Assembly (NCBI GenBank): GCA_000146045.2
Contig: BK006945.2
Location: 832,001 to 896,000, forward strand
Reading direction: 5' to 3'
Origin: TPA_inf: Saccharomyces
Taxonomy: Eukaryota
Length of the DNA stretch: 64,000 nucleotides
Part shown: positions 33,701-43,735 of the stretch, one piece after another
Layout of the letters: the number at the start of each line of letters is the position of its first letter
Position numbering within the stretch: position 1 is the first letter of the stretch
Made by a program: the position numbers and the translations under genes
Notes under the pieces: model-generated
What the model saw: the letters and a program-made list of their open reading frames with translations, nothing else
Told to the model about the DNA's origin: nothing
Database searches by the model: none

Positions 33701-34784
33701 ATACGCTGGATTGCAAACGCTTTTGGAAAAAATAAAGCAAGGACAAGCAGCTATTATAAGCAAAACGGAGATGTTCAATGTAACGAAAATGAGCGATAGG
33801 TTCTTCGATTACACCAACAAAATTAACAGTGTTACTTCCTGTGATGGGGGTAGAAAACTTCTGATTGCAACGAACTCTGGATTGTATATGAGCAACATTA
33901 AAAGACAGCAGAATAAAGATCATAGACATAAAAGCTCTGCTTTTTTTTCAACTCCAATCCAACTAGTACAAAGAAATAATATCACTCAAATTGCTGTATT
34001 AGAAGAATTCAAATCAATCATACTTTTAATTGATAAAAAATTATACAGTTGTCCGCTGTCATTAATCGAAGCAGAAGGTAATGGGACATCTTTCTTCAAA
34101 AAGCATCACAAGGAACTGATCAATCATGTGAGTTTCTTCGCAGAAGGAGATTGCAATGGTAAGAGATTAATCGTGACTGCACACAGTTCATCGCATTCAA
34201 TTAAGTACTTCGAGCATGAACATCCATTATTGGCCGAAAAAAATGGTAGTGGTAGCGGTAACAAAAAAAGTCTCAAGAAAAAAATCACCGAGGTTATTTT
34301 TGATTCTGAACCTGTCTCTATTTCATTTCTCAAGGCCAACCTATGCATTGGCTGTAAAAAGGGTTTTCAGATCGTTAGCATTTCACAGAATGCTCATGAA
34401 TCCTTGTTAGATCCGGCCGATACATCATTAGAGTTTGCACTAAGGGATACTTTGAAACCAATGGCAATCTATCGTGTGGGAAATATGTTTTTGCTGTGTT
34501 ACACAGAATTTGCCTTCTTTGTCAATAATCAGGGTTGGAGAAAGAAAGAATCGCATATTATTCATTGGGAGGGAGAGCCCCAAAAATTTGCAATTTGGTA
34601 CCCGTACATCTTGGCATTCGACAGCAACTTCATTGAGATCAGAAAGATTGAAACTGGCGAATTAATTCGTTGCGTCCTTGCTGATAAGATTCGACTTCTA
34701 CAAACAAGTACTCAAGAAATCCTGTACTGCTACGAGGATTATCGCGGGTATGATACAGTTGCGTCGTTAGATTTCTGGGGTTAA
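30714..34784 (+). CDS. ROM2: Rho1/Rho2 guanine-nucleotide exchange factor Rom2 (1356 aa), with DEP, DH (RhoGEF), PH and CNH domains.
   Basis: 1356-aa ORF. Low-complexity S/N/H-rich N-terminal third (poly-His8). DH domain around …IYEVYITEKNFVKSLE…. C-terminal CNH-like region. Confidence 0.9.
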   Translation: MSETNVDSLGDRNDIYSQIFGVERRPDSFATFDSDSHGDISSQLLPNRIENIQNLNVLLSEDIANDIIIAKQRRRSGVEAAIDDSDIPNNEMKGKSSNYILSQQTNIKEVPDTQSLSSADNTPVSSPKKARDATSSHPIVHAKSMSHIYSTSNSASRQAKHYNDHPLPPMSPRNEVYQKNKSTTAFVPKRKPSLPQLALAGLKKQSSFSTGSASTTPTQARKSPLQGFGFFSRPSSKDLHEQHQHHQHIQHNNINNHNNNNTNNNGAHYQVGSSNSNYPQHSHSISSRSMSLNSSTLKNIASSFQSKTSNSRKATQKYDITSNPFSDPHHHHHHHHSSNSHSSLNNVHGSGNSSSVMGSSSNIGLGLKTRVSSTSLALKRYTSVSGTSLSSPRRSSMTPLSASRPVMSASSKKPQVYPALLSRVATKFKSSIQLGEHKKDGLVYRDAFTGQQAVDVICAIIRTSDRNLALLFGRSLDAQKLFHDVVYEHRLRDSPHEVYEFTDNSRFTGTGSTNAHDPLMLLPNSSSFNSGNHSYPNSGMVPSSSTSSLNSDQATLTGSRLHMSSSLSQQKNPAAIHNVNGVFTLLAECYSPTCTRDALCYSISCPRRLEQQARLNLKPNGGLKRNISMALDDDDEEKPSWTSSVSKEDWENLPKKEIKRQEAIYEVYITEKNFVKSLEITRDTFMKTLAETNIISADIRKNFIKHVFAHINDIYSVNRRFLKALTDRQRSSPVVRGIGDIVLRFIPFFEPFVSYVASRPYAKYLIETQRSVNPYFARFDDDMMSSSLRHGIDSFLSQGVSRPGRYMLLVKEIMKSTDPEKDKSDYEDLSKAMDALRDFMKRIDQASGAAQDRHDVKLLKQKILFKNEYVNLGLNDERRKIKHEGILSRKELSKSDGTVVGDIQFYLLDNMLLFLKAKAVNKWHQHKVFQRPIPLPLLFACPGEDMPALRKYIGDHPDCSGTVIQPEYNTSNPKNAITFLYYGAKQRYQVTLYAAQYAGLQTLLEKIKQGQAAIISKTEMFNVTKMSDRFFDYTNKINSVTSCDGGRKLLIATNSGLYMSNIKRQQNKDHRHKSSAFFSTPIQLVQRNNITQIAVLEEFKSIILLIDKKLYSCPLSLIEAEGNGTSFFKKHHKELINHVSFFAEGDCNGKRLIVTAHSSSHSIKYFEHEHPLLAEKNGSGSGNKKSLKKKITEVIFDSEPVSISFLKANLCIGCKKGFQIVSISQNAHESLLDPADTSLEFALRDTLKPMAIYRVGNMFLLCYTEFAFFVNNQGWRKKESHIIHWEGEPQKFAIWYPYILAFDSNFIEIRKIETGELIRCVLADKIRLLQTSTQEILYCYEDYRGYDTVASLDFWG
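31698..31721 (+). repeat. (CAT)7-CAC trinucleotide repeat encoding His8 inside ROM2.
   Basis: catcatcatcatcatcatcatcac read directly. Nearby Asn-rich tract (AAT/AAC-rich, 31455-31510). Confidence 0.9.
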
Positions 34785-35347
34785 GATAGCAACGTATATA
34801 GACTTTCCTTATTTTCTTTAGAATAAAAAGCATAACTAAAGTTGTAAAAGGAGCAGAATTATGAATAATAAACATTGATGACAATAGTGGAAAACGACAT
34901 AAATAATAATTTTATAATATAATAATGATAATTCACCGTCAGAGGGATTTGTATGCAAATGATTGATGACGCGAGAAAAAAAAACGCGAAATTTTTCTTC
35001 CCAAAGCTTCGAAGTTTTTATTCCGTCCACAAAGTGAAAAATTTTCAGAAAATTTTCCAGACTGTGAATAAACAAAAGGTTGGCTTACGCATTTGGCTTG
35101 TCTTTTTTTTTTTTCACAGGTTCTTAGTAAATAATTGTATAAAATATTTATCTGGAGTCTTCTGTTTGTTGTTTAGCCTTGTTTGAAGTTTTATTTAACT
35201 TATTACCCCAGTTAGGTACTGTGTATTTTCCGCATATCTGGTGTCTTTTTATTTGGTCATTGATTGGTTTTTGACAGCTCTTCACTCGCTTCAAGCTTAC
35301 TTCTAGTTTATTTATTCGGCTTTTTTCCGTTTGTTTACGAAACATAA

Positions 35348-36391
<1,044 letters not shown>

Positions 36392-36661
36392 ATAGGAAGC
36401 GAGAATTTTTGACAGCGAATGAAAAAGAAAAAAATTAAATGTTAACATTTTCTTTATATTAAATATGTACGATAAATGAAATCATTATTATAGAAATGAT
36501 AGATTATTGGCTTGGTGTTTTTCCCATTTTGATTAATCATTTCCTTAGCTGCCCAAAGAATTGCACGCTTACAGTGAGGAGTAGTGATACATTACAATTA
36601 TAAAATAAAATTATATAGCAGCTAAAATTTAAAACAAACAGACTTTGTTCCTTTGTATGTC

Positions 36662-39367
36662 CTATGGAAGATACTGACTTGCAGTTTGTAAAGTGTCCAA
36701 GTCGTAATCCACTTTACTTGCCACGAATTGATCATTGAATAATTTAATTTTAATAATCTCTTGAGTTAAATCGGGATGTACTCTGGGAATGAAGTCATTT
36801 AAAAATGAGTACTCTCCCCTAATGGAGGAAGATGACTGACATTGCATTATCTTGAACAAAATTCTAATTATCGGCCCAGCATCATTATCTAAGTATTGGG
36901 ACCAGAACGCGTTACACACAGGAACATGGATATCAAGTAACTCTTCAATGAAGTTCATTGGTTGTTCTAGCTCTCCAATAATAGAGTCCTCTGTTATTAT
37001 TCTCTTCTTGAAACGGCCACTATCTCTAATGAAATTGCTTTGTTCACAATACGACCTGTAAGATATGGGTACGATGGAGTTTACTGTACTCAAGTAATCA
37101 TATAAGTCCTCTTGAATGATTTGTAAAAAGATACTATCTATTTCCTTTGATATGGTAGAGTCCGATAAATGATGGGTATCGCTAAGAGAACCAAATGATA
37201 GGTTATTATTGCTATTCTGTGGTTGTTGTTCCGGTAATACAGAATTTTCTCCACCAGTAGGATCTATATCTATTCTTGATGCGGGCGTATTTGAATTCGA
37301 GTGGTTGTCGTTGTCGTTATCATGTTCGTTATCATTATTGTCGCTGTTGTTGCCGCTTCTATTGTTGATGTTGTTCGTCTGATTATCAGTGTGAATGTTC
37401 ATGTTGCTATGATTGGAAGTATTATGACTGTTGTTAACGTTGCCTATTGTGTGTAAATTCAAAAACCTTTTCAATAAACTGAAAATTGATGTAGAAAGTT
37501 TGTCGACTATTTCAGAAAGTGAAATGGTATGAAAAGAATATTCCAGGACTTCTCTTTCGAATAAAATCGCAGGACACAAGAACATTGCTAAAAGGTTCAT
37601 ATCGTCTGAAAATAAAATGGTTTTGAATTCTTGAATTTTAGACAAAAATGTTTCAAATGGTGCAATTAACCGTTGAAATTGTAGGCTGCCCAAGGTGGAC
37701 AACAGATGCTTTTCAATAGACATTATGGCGAACAAAACATAGGTAAAGTTTAAGCTTTTGGAAGAAGTAAAGAACTTTAGTATTCTATTGATGGAATTCA
37801 AAGTAATTAATAAATAGTCTATTATTTGAAAGTCGATTTCGTTGAATTTTTCAATTTGGATAGAAGATTGATATTCTTCTATTATGGGACGAAGGTTCAA
37901 AAAAGTTTGCAGTGAAACGGTGGCGGTAGAGTAACGGGATAAATCGAATTTCGAACAAACGAATTCGAAGCCAAATTTTTCACACAATGAACGGAATTTA
38001 TCTAACTGCCACGAATTAGATTGTAAATCATCCAAAAAAGAATTGATTCTGGAAAAAATGGAATTCGAAATATCTATATTTGACAAATCAATTAGAGAGT
38101 CCAATAAAGTCAAAGGTTCTTTGGAGAATGATGATTGTCTCGGATGCGTAATATCGGCGGATTTAGGCGTACCGAACAATGGCAATATCGCAGAATTTAT
38201 TATGGAAATAATGCAATTGTGATAATAGTTTTTAGCATTCGTATACGTATTCGGGAAAAAGGGTTGGCTATCCATTACGTTTAGTAGATCTACTATTTGA
38301 GATCTTGGTAGAGTGATAGAAATCACAGTATTTTGTAAACCAGGTAATTCTTGTGAGATTTTGAGCAGTTGAGCTGGAATAGATAGTTTGGGGTCATTGT
38401 TATATTCATGTAAGTTTTGGATGATAAGGGGTAAAGTCTTTACTTGGGAATGAAAATCATCATAGTACTGAATACTCAATATAGATATCGTGTTATTCCA
38501 AACGGAGTGGCTTAGAGAGAAAAAATTGATTTTTTGCATTTCAAATAATTGGTTCTTCAACCTGTTTGATAACTGATTAGATCTATCGGTTGGGTCCATT
38601 AGTAAGTAGTTTTTGTCGATAATCAACGACAAATCGGAATTGTTTCGCAAAGCTGTCCTTTGAATGATTCTATCGAGATTATATGCGATGGACCTGATAG
38701 CATTCAGAATTAAGTCATGGTCAATGAAGCTTAGTGAGTTGGCGTTCTGATTGATCAAAAGGCGTACGGCAGTGTTGTCTACGAACGACAGAGGCAAGTT
38801 TTCTGATGCAATTATGATCGCAAGCGACTGCACAAGAGGCAAGGCCATTTCTTTTTCCCTAGTTCTCTTCAAAAAGTCCTCGTCTATTTCCAGCAGGTTA
38901 GCAATGCTGTTCGTTGTGGCGCTACCGCCTTGATGGTTCTTCAAAGGTGGTCTGACCATAAAAGTAGAACCTGCTTCTACGCCCGTCCATCCGCTATAGT
39001 AATTGGCATTCGGGTCTATCTTATGCGTGCTCCACAAATGAGTTTGCGAGGCTTCCGCCATGCTTATGCTGTTTCCTTGCCGTCTTATTATCACACCGCA
39101 GTACTTGCATTTTACTGCCTCCAGCATCTTGTCTACACCCAGAAAATGGCCCAAGTAGCGTGACCTGTCTCTGGTAAGCATATATGCGGGCACCCATTCG
39201 CTACCATCCTCTGCTAACGACTCCCTTTCCTCATCTCTATCTCCATCTGTATCTGTATCCGTATTTGTGGCCGTCGTAGCCGCCGTCGCCGACGATACAG
39301 TTGAATTCATGGGAGGCAACACCAATCCTCTTTCAGCACTCTGTACCTGTGTGTCCATCGCTCTCAT
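36662..39367 (-). CDS. VID22: Vid22 (901 aa), a BED-type zinc-finger, hAT-transposase-derived glycosylated membrane protein.
   Basis: 901-aa ORF with a BED-like finger (CKYCGVIIRR…H…H). Asn/Asp-rich low-complexity insert. Synteny. Confidence 0.8.
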   Translation of the reverse strand: MRAMDTQVQSAERGLVLPPMNSTVSSATAATTATNTDTDTDGDRDEERESLAEDGSEWVPAYMLTRDRSRYLGHFLGVDKMLEAVKCKYCGVIIRRQGNSISMAEASQTHLWSTHKIDPNANYYSGWTGVEAGSTFMVRPPLKNHQGGSATTNSIANLLEIDEDFLKRTREKEMALPLVQSLAIIIASENLPLSFVDNTAVRLLINQNANSLSFIDHDLILNAIRSIAYNLDRIIQRTALRNNSDLSLIIDKNYLLMDPTDRSNQLSNRLKNQLFEMQKINFFSLSHSVWNNTISILSIQYYDDFHSQVKTLPLIIQNLHEYNNDPKLSIPAQLLKISQELPGLQNTVISITLPRSQIVDLLNVMDSQPFFPNTYTNAKNYYHNCIISIINSAILPLFGTPKSADITHPRQSSFSKEPLTLLDSLIDLSNIDISNSIFSRINSFLDDLQSNSWQLDKFRSLCEKFGFEFVCSKFDLSRYSTATVSLQTFLNLRPIIEEYQSSIQIEKFNEIDFQIIDYLLITLNSINRILKFFTSSKSLNFTYVLFAIMSIEKHLLSTLGSLQFQRLIAPFETFLSKIQEFKTILFSDDMNLLAMFLCPAILFEREVLEYSFHTISLSEIVDKLSTSIFSLLKRFLNLHTIGNVNNSHNTSNHSNMNIHTDNQTNNINNRSGNNSDNNDNEHDNDNDNHSNSNTPASRIDIDPTGGENSVLPEQQPQNSNNNLSFGSLSDTHHLSDSTISKEIDSIFLQIIQEDLYDYLSTVNSIVPISYRSYCEQSNFIRDSGRFKKRIITEDSIIGELEQPMNFIEELLDIHVPVCNAFWSQYLDNDAGPIIRILFKIMQCQSSSSIRGEYSFLNDFIPRVHPDLTQEIIKIKLFNDQFVASKVDYDLDTLQTASQYLP

Positions 39368-39452
39368 ATGTGCTCTCGTGCTTGTTTATCCTGTGGATGC
39401 TGCCAGCAAACTCTCTCTTTCCCATCTCTTGATGGTTCATGTTATGTGTTGT

Positions 39453-39842
39453 TTATTGTTTGCTGATCCCATTCGCGCTTTCCCGGCCGTGGTAAATGAC
39501 TACACGGTGAATAATTGCGCCATTTTTTCGCCGTTGCGGTGTTTTTTTTGTAGCCGTTGGAAGCATGGCAGTACCATCTGGAACAAAGCAACGGTATAAA
39601 GAAGACAGACTGTTGGTAAGCGCTGCATGTTGGTGACAAAAAGTTGGTTTCGAGAAATCAGGGTGGGTGTTTTTTGTGTGGCATGTGCAGCGAGCGATGA
39701 GTAATGCAAACAATAGTGCTATGAACCACATCACGTTGCCTCCCATCTCGTCATTTGACAACCTTATCAAGGCAGCCGAGAGACAATATAATGGCGAGGC
39801 TTCGTCCGCCTCGACACATCCGACACTGCCTAATATGAACAT
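39453..39842 (-). CDS. YLR374C: Dubious 129-aa ORF antisense to the STP3 5' end (YLR374C).
   Basis: ORF overlapping the STP3 promoter and N-terminal codons on the opposite strand. No domain. Poor codon usage. Confidence 0.15.
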   Translation of the reverse strand: MFILGSVGCVEADEASPLYCLSAALIRLSNDEMGGNVMWFIALLFALLIARCTCHTKNTHPDFSKPTFCHQHAALTNSLSSLYRCFVPDGTAMLPTATKKTPQRRKNGAIIHRVVIYHGRESANGISKQ

Positions 39843-40728
39843 TAGTAACGGCAGTGGCAGTGCGGGCGCATCATCGTCGATGCTGAGCTATCAGTTGCTT
39901 CCGCACTCCAATGATGTGTCCCGGTCGAACTCCAGCTCGAGCTTCCTTCCCTCCGTGCAGCAGCCTACGGAAGGTTCCGCTTCTGCATCGGAAACTTCTT
40001 CATCTGCATCACCTTCACGTTCCATTTCACCAATTTTAAAAGTGGCTGGTCCTTCATCTGTTGGCGGTGCCGGGGTGAGTACCCCCCATAGCACCAAAAT
40101 CAATAAGCCAAGGAAAAAGAAGCAATGTCCAATTTGTCGTAATTTTTATGCCAATCTGACCACGCACAAGGCAACGCACTTGACGCCAGAGGATCGGCCT
40201 CACAAGTGTCCCATCTGCCACCGCGGGTTCGCCAGGAACAATGACTTATTGAGGCATAAGAAAAGACATTGGAAGGATGAGATACTGTCCCAATCGGGAG
40301 TACTTTCGAACCATAATGATGGTAAGGGAGGATCCGTTTCTCCCAATGATGATGATACCCATGAAAAAATGACACCGATGAATTCTGTCACAGATTATGC
40401 ACAATTGAAATCGTTGCATCAAATCAAGGGCACATTCAAGTGCCCATTCAACTCCACCTTAATACAATTGGACATGGATATGTACCCGTATAAACTGAAA
40501 CCTTTAAATTTTGAGACTTCCAATTGTCACCAGACGGGGGTGTTCTCACGTTGCGACACCTTCAAAAACCATTTAAAGGCTTTGCATTTTGAATACCCGC
40601 CAGGCACGAAGAAAAAGGATAGAAATGTTGTTCCTGGTAGATGTAAGCATTGCGGCCTGAAGTTCGAGAACGTTGACGTTTGGCTCAACGAACACGTAGG
40701 TAAACAATGCGGCTATAAATACCATTGA
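39697..40728 (+). CDS. STP3: C2H2 zinc-finger protein Stp3 (343 aa).
   Basis: Three C2H2-type fingers (CPICRNFYANLTTHKATH; CPICHRGFARNNDLLRHKKRH; …). Ser-rich N-terminus. Start chosen at MSNANNSAMNH. Confidence 0.85.
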   Translation: MSNANNSAMNHITLPPISSFDNLIKAAERQYNGEASSASTHPTLPNMNISNGSGSAGASSSMLSYQLLPHSNDVSRSNSSSSFLPSVQQPTEGSASASETSSSASPSRSISPILKVAGPSSVGGAGVSTPHSTKINKPRKKKQCPICRNFYANLTTHKATHLTPEDRPHKCPICHRGFARNNDLLRHKKRHWKDEILSQSGVLSNHNDGKGGSVSPNDDDTHEKMTPMNSVTDYAQLKSLHQIKGTFKCPFNSTLIQLDMDMYPYKLKPLNFETSNCHQTGVFSRCDTFKNHLKALHFEYPPGTKKKDRNVVPGRCKHCGLKFENVDVWLNEHVGKQCGYKYH

Positions 40729-40825
40729 TTCCCGGCAGCATAACGACTTTTCCCCTGTTTTTATTAGTACTAGTAGATATTTAATTTATGTATCTGAGTT
40801 TTTAATGTTTTTTTTCCTTCTCTTA

Positions 40826-41554
40826 TCATTCTTCAAGTGCGGCTATCCTTCTGTACTGTGGCCTGCCGTCAACAACTTCTCTGTAGATTATCAGATCCAT
40901 TCCCTTCATGTATGAATCAGGTAGTTTTGTGGGGTACAGTGTAACGCCGCTTTTCCTCTTGATTGACCACTTATCAACTAAGGTGTTTTCGATACCATTA
41001 TAGAAGTCTGTGGGAAAACTTTTGGTGATGATCCAGCAGCCCAAAAATTCTCTTAGTTTCCTTAGAATCTTAAACAGTTTTTCAAATTTCGATAAATTTA
41101 TTACATCATAGTTTTTGTCGCTTTCAAAATTCAAGAAAGACAAATTGTCGATTACTATTCCTCGTAATTGAAAGTTGAAATTATCAACCTGGCACCTCCT
41201 TAACGCATCCATGGGAGAGTCATACAGTAACTCTAGAAATACGATTAATCCCGTGATGTTTATGCAAGATAGCGAATTCATGTAGATCGCGCCATGCTGT
41301 CTTTGCTTTTGTTGGGACCATATTGATACTATATCTATGATTAGGATCTTTTCGTCCCCCGTAGTACAATTCACCAACTTTTGCAGCGCTACCGAAGGTT
41401 TAAAATCACTTTCAATGATGTGCAAGAACCCTAGTTTACTCTCCTGCTCTTCACTAATTAGGTTTCTTAATTCATTTGGTAGGTTTATATAGTTCTTGGT
41501 TGATGTGATGAAGTTTGACAAAGGATAAATTCTAATGTTCTTTAAAACTTCCAT
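40826..41554 (-). CDS. PSY3: Psy3 (242 aa), a Rad51-paralog-like Shu-complex subunit.
   Basis: 242-aa ORF. Assignment by length and synteny between STP3 and FBP1. Confidence 0.7.
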   Translation of the reverse strand: MEVLKNIRIYPLSNFITSTKNYINLPNELRNLISEEQESKLGFLHIIESDFKPSVALQKLVNCTTGDEKILIIDIVSIWSQQKQRQHGAIYMNSLSCINITGLIVFLELLYDSPMDALRRCQVDNFNFQLRGIVIDNLSFLNFESDKNYDVINLSKFEKLFKILRKLREFLGCWIITKSFPTDFYNGIENTLVDKWSIKRKSGVTLYPTKLPDSYMKGMDLIIYREVVDGRPQYRRIAALEE

Positions 41555-41625
41555 CCCATTCCATTCGCTACTTCCTTTCTCTTTTCCTAAGAATTTTCAT
41601 TATTAGAAGGAGTAATGCTTACGGT

Positions 41626-41670
41626 ACACATACATACACATATATATATATAAATATATATATATATAAG
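41626..41670. repeat. (CA)n/(TA)n alternating purine-pyrimidine microsatellite.
   Basis: acacatacatacacatatatatatataaatatatatatatata read directly. An 11-T run follows at 41683-41693. Confidence 0.9.
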
Positions 41671-41745
41671 GACATATACAGATTTTTTTTTTTCGCGTAC
41701 TAAAGTACAGAACAAAGAAAATAAGAAAAGAAGGCGATCATTGAA

Positions 41746-42792
41746 CTACTGTGACTTGCCAATATGGTCTAAAAATTTGTCAATTTCACCTGAAGAACCC
41801 AACCAAATAGAAGATTTGTCATGGATATGACTTGGCACCAAATCCAAGATTCTCTCTCCGCGATCGTTGACCGCTTTTCCCCCTGCTTGTTCCATTAAGA
41901 AAGCCATTGGGAAGGCCTCATAAAGCAACCTCAGTTTTCCGTTGGGGCTCTTCTTGTCGCAAGGGTATGCGAAAAGGCCACCGTAAAGAAACGTCCTGTG
42001 AACATCAGCAACCATGGATCCAACATACCTAGCCGAGAAAGGCTTGTTGTTGTTGTCTGCTTGGGGTTGTTTGACTTTCTCAATAAATGTTCTTATAGTC
42101 TCGTTCCAGTAGAGGGTGTTACCTTCATTAATTGAGTAGATGGCCTTTTGAGGCGGAATTCTTAAGTTAGGATGAGTCAAGATGAATTCGCCCAAGTTTG
42201 TGTCTAAGGTAAACCCATCAACTCCATCACCCAATGTCAATACTAGATGCGTAGAGGATCCGTACATGGCATAGCAAGCGGCTACCATTTCTTTACCACA
42301 TCTCAGTACGTCGTTTATAGTACCTGATGAGTCTGGTAGCAGTCTGAATATAGACGCGATAGTTCCAACGGAGACACCGGCGTCCAAATTTGAGGAGCCA
42401 TCAATAGGATCACAACACACTGCGTATGAGCCCGTGTTTGTGGGAAAAACGATCAAGTCTTCCTGTTCTTCAGATACAAGGACCTTGATGATCCCACTAG
42501 CCCTCATGGCATTGATAAATATTTCATCACCTAGAACGTCCAACTTCTTTTGCTGGTCACCAGTGAAGTTGGAAGCGCCTGCTAACCCAACCAAGTTAAC
42601 CAATTCAGCACGTCTGATGGTGTGAGATACAAATTTGAACGCGAATTGCAAGGCATTCAGTACTAATGTGAAATCACCAGTAGCGTTCTTAAATTGCTTC
42701 TGGTGCTCGATTATGAATCTAGGAAGAGTGATGATATCGGTATCAAACCCTTCGGTAGAGTCTCTTCTTGGTCCATTTACTAGAGTTGGCAT
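41746..42792 (-). CDS. FBP1: Fructose-1,6-bisphosphatase (348 aa), gluconeogenesis.
   Basis: FBPase family sequence (…GEFILTHPN…, …DVHRTFLYGG…). N-terminal MPTLVNGPRRDSTEG (phosphorylation and degradation region). Confidence 0.95.
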   Translation of the reverse strand: MPTLVNGPRRDSTEGFDTDIITLPRFIIEHQKQFKNATGDFTLVLNALQFAFKFVSHTIRRAELVNLVGLAGASNFTGDQQKKLDVLGDEIFINAMRASGIIKVLVSEEQEDLIVFPTNTGSYAVCCDPIDGSSNLDAGVSVGTIASIFRLLPDSSGTINDVLRCGKEMVAACYAMYGSSTHLVLTLGDGVDGFTLDTNLGEFILTHPNLRIPPQKAIYSINEGNTLYWNETIRTFIEKVKQPQADNNNKPFSARYVGSMVADVHRTFLYGGLFAYPCDKKSPNGKLRLLYEAFPMAFLMEQAGGKAVNDRGERILDLVPSHIHDKSSIWLGSSGEIDKFLDHIGKSQ

Positions 42793-43285
42793 ATGTGTGG
42801 TAGTATGAGGGATGTTTCTTATATGTTCGCACTGTTATTCTTAGGCCTATCATACAAAAAGCAAGATCAAGACAAAATACACGTCTGTAATTGCACTACT
42901 TGTTGCTCCATATATATACGTACATTTGTTAGCGAGTGAAATGGATAATATTGCCTATACATAGGACGATCCTTATAATATAGTGTGGGGAAGATGCCAC
43001 AAGTTGGCAAGCGACAGGAAGAAACCAAGCAAACCAAAAAAAAAGTAGTGGGTATTGGCCAGTTCGGCAATCTTCGCCTTCAAATTCCCTGTCTCAACTT
43101 TTTAAGCTTTCTTGATATGTGGGAATACCAGGCTATTGCTGCCTTGCGTTGGCTCTTACGCCCTTAACATTACCTAGCTTTACTACATAATGAGCTTTCG
43201 GGCCCGCATAACTCCGGGTGTCCGCACGACCGCGACTACTAAGAATAATAATAATACCCCGGAGGTGAATTCAAAAGCGGCGATT

Positions 43286-43296
43286 CCATCCGTCCG
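43286..43296. promoter_or_regulatory. Carbon-source-responsive element (CSRE; Cat8/Sip4/Rds2 site), CCATCCGTCCG, in the FBP1 promoter.
   Basis: Exact match to the CSRE consensus CCRTYSRNCCG, about 494-504 bp upstream of the FBP1 ATG, where FBP1 UAS2 is reported. A second CGG-N5-CCG zinc-cluster-like palindrome lies at 43214-43224. Confidence 0.55.
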
Positions 43297-43375
43297 GAAA
43301 AGAGAGCAGAAGTTAGCCCGGGACCATGCAGTTTGATGGGTTGTCTATCTTAGACTGGAAAATTCGAAGAACTCA

Positions 43376-43471
43376 TCCTTGTTAGCTCAGTTGGTAGAGC
43401 GTTCGGCTTTTAAGCGCATTTGCTTAAGCAAGGATACCGAAATGTCAGGGGTTCGAGCCCCCTATGAGGAG
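43376..43471 (+). tRNA. tK(UUU): tRNA-Lys (anticodon UUU) gene with a 23-nt intron (43414..43436).
   Basis: A-box TAGCTCAGTTGG and B-box GGTTCGAGCCC. Anticodon loop CTTTTAA followed by the intron GCGCATTTGCTTAAGCAAGGATA (complementary to the anticodon region). Acceptor stems pair. T9 Pol III terminator 9 nt downstream. Confidence 0.92.
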
Positions 43472-43479
43472 TTCTTTAC

Positions 43480-43488
43480 TTTTTTTTT
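43480..43488 (+). terminator. RNA polymerase III terminator (T9) for the tRNA-Lys gene.
   Basis: Run of 9 T immediately 3' of the tRNA. Confidence 0.85.
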
Positions 43489-43735
43489 ATCAACTTCCTT
43501 TGCTTCACGCCTATTATAAATTTAGATCGCGTATGATATTGTTAATCGGCGGTTAGAATTTATAAAAATCGACGATTTTCTAGGAATTATTTGCGCATAC
43601 ATATATATAGTTATTTAGCTCTATACAGGTGTAAGAAGGCGTTGATAAAACTATGGTAACAAAATAAAAAAATAGAGGGAGGGGTGTGGCTAAATGCGAT
43701 TTTTTTTTTCTTTGGATATTATTTTCATTTTATAT

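Noticed and set aside
43243-43264. ATAATAATAATACCCCGGAGG as a possible Mig1 glucose-repression site in the FBP1 promoter.
   Set aside because: The AT-rich tract is on the wrong side of the GC box for either orientation of the Mig1 consensus (AT-rich 5' of GYGGGG). It is left uncalled, although FBP1 is Mig1-regulated.
42800-43375. Searched the region upstream of tRNA-Lys for a Ty delta/sigma/tau solo LTR.
   Set aside because: No TGTTGGAATA / TGTTGTATCTCAAAATGAGAT termini or terminal inverted repeats were recognisable. The segment reads as the FBP1 promoter with CSRE-type sites instead.
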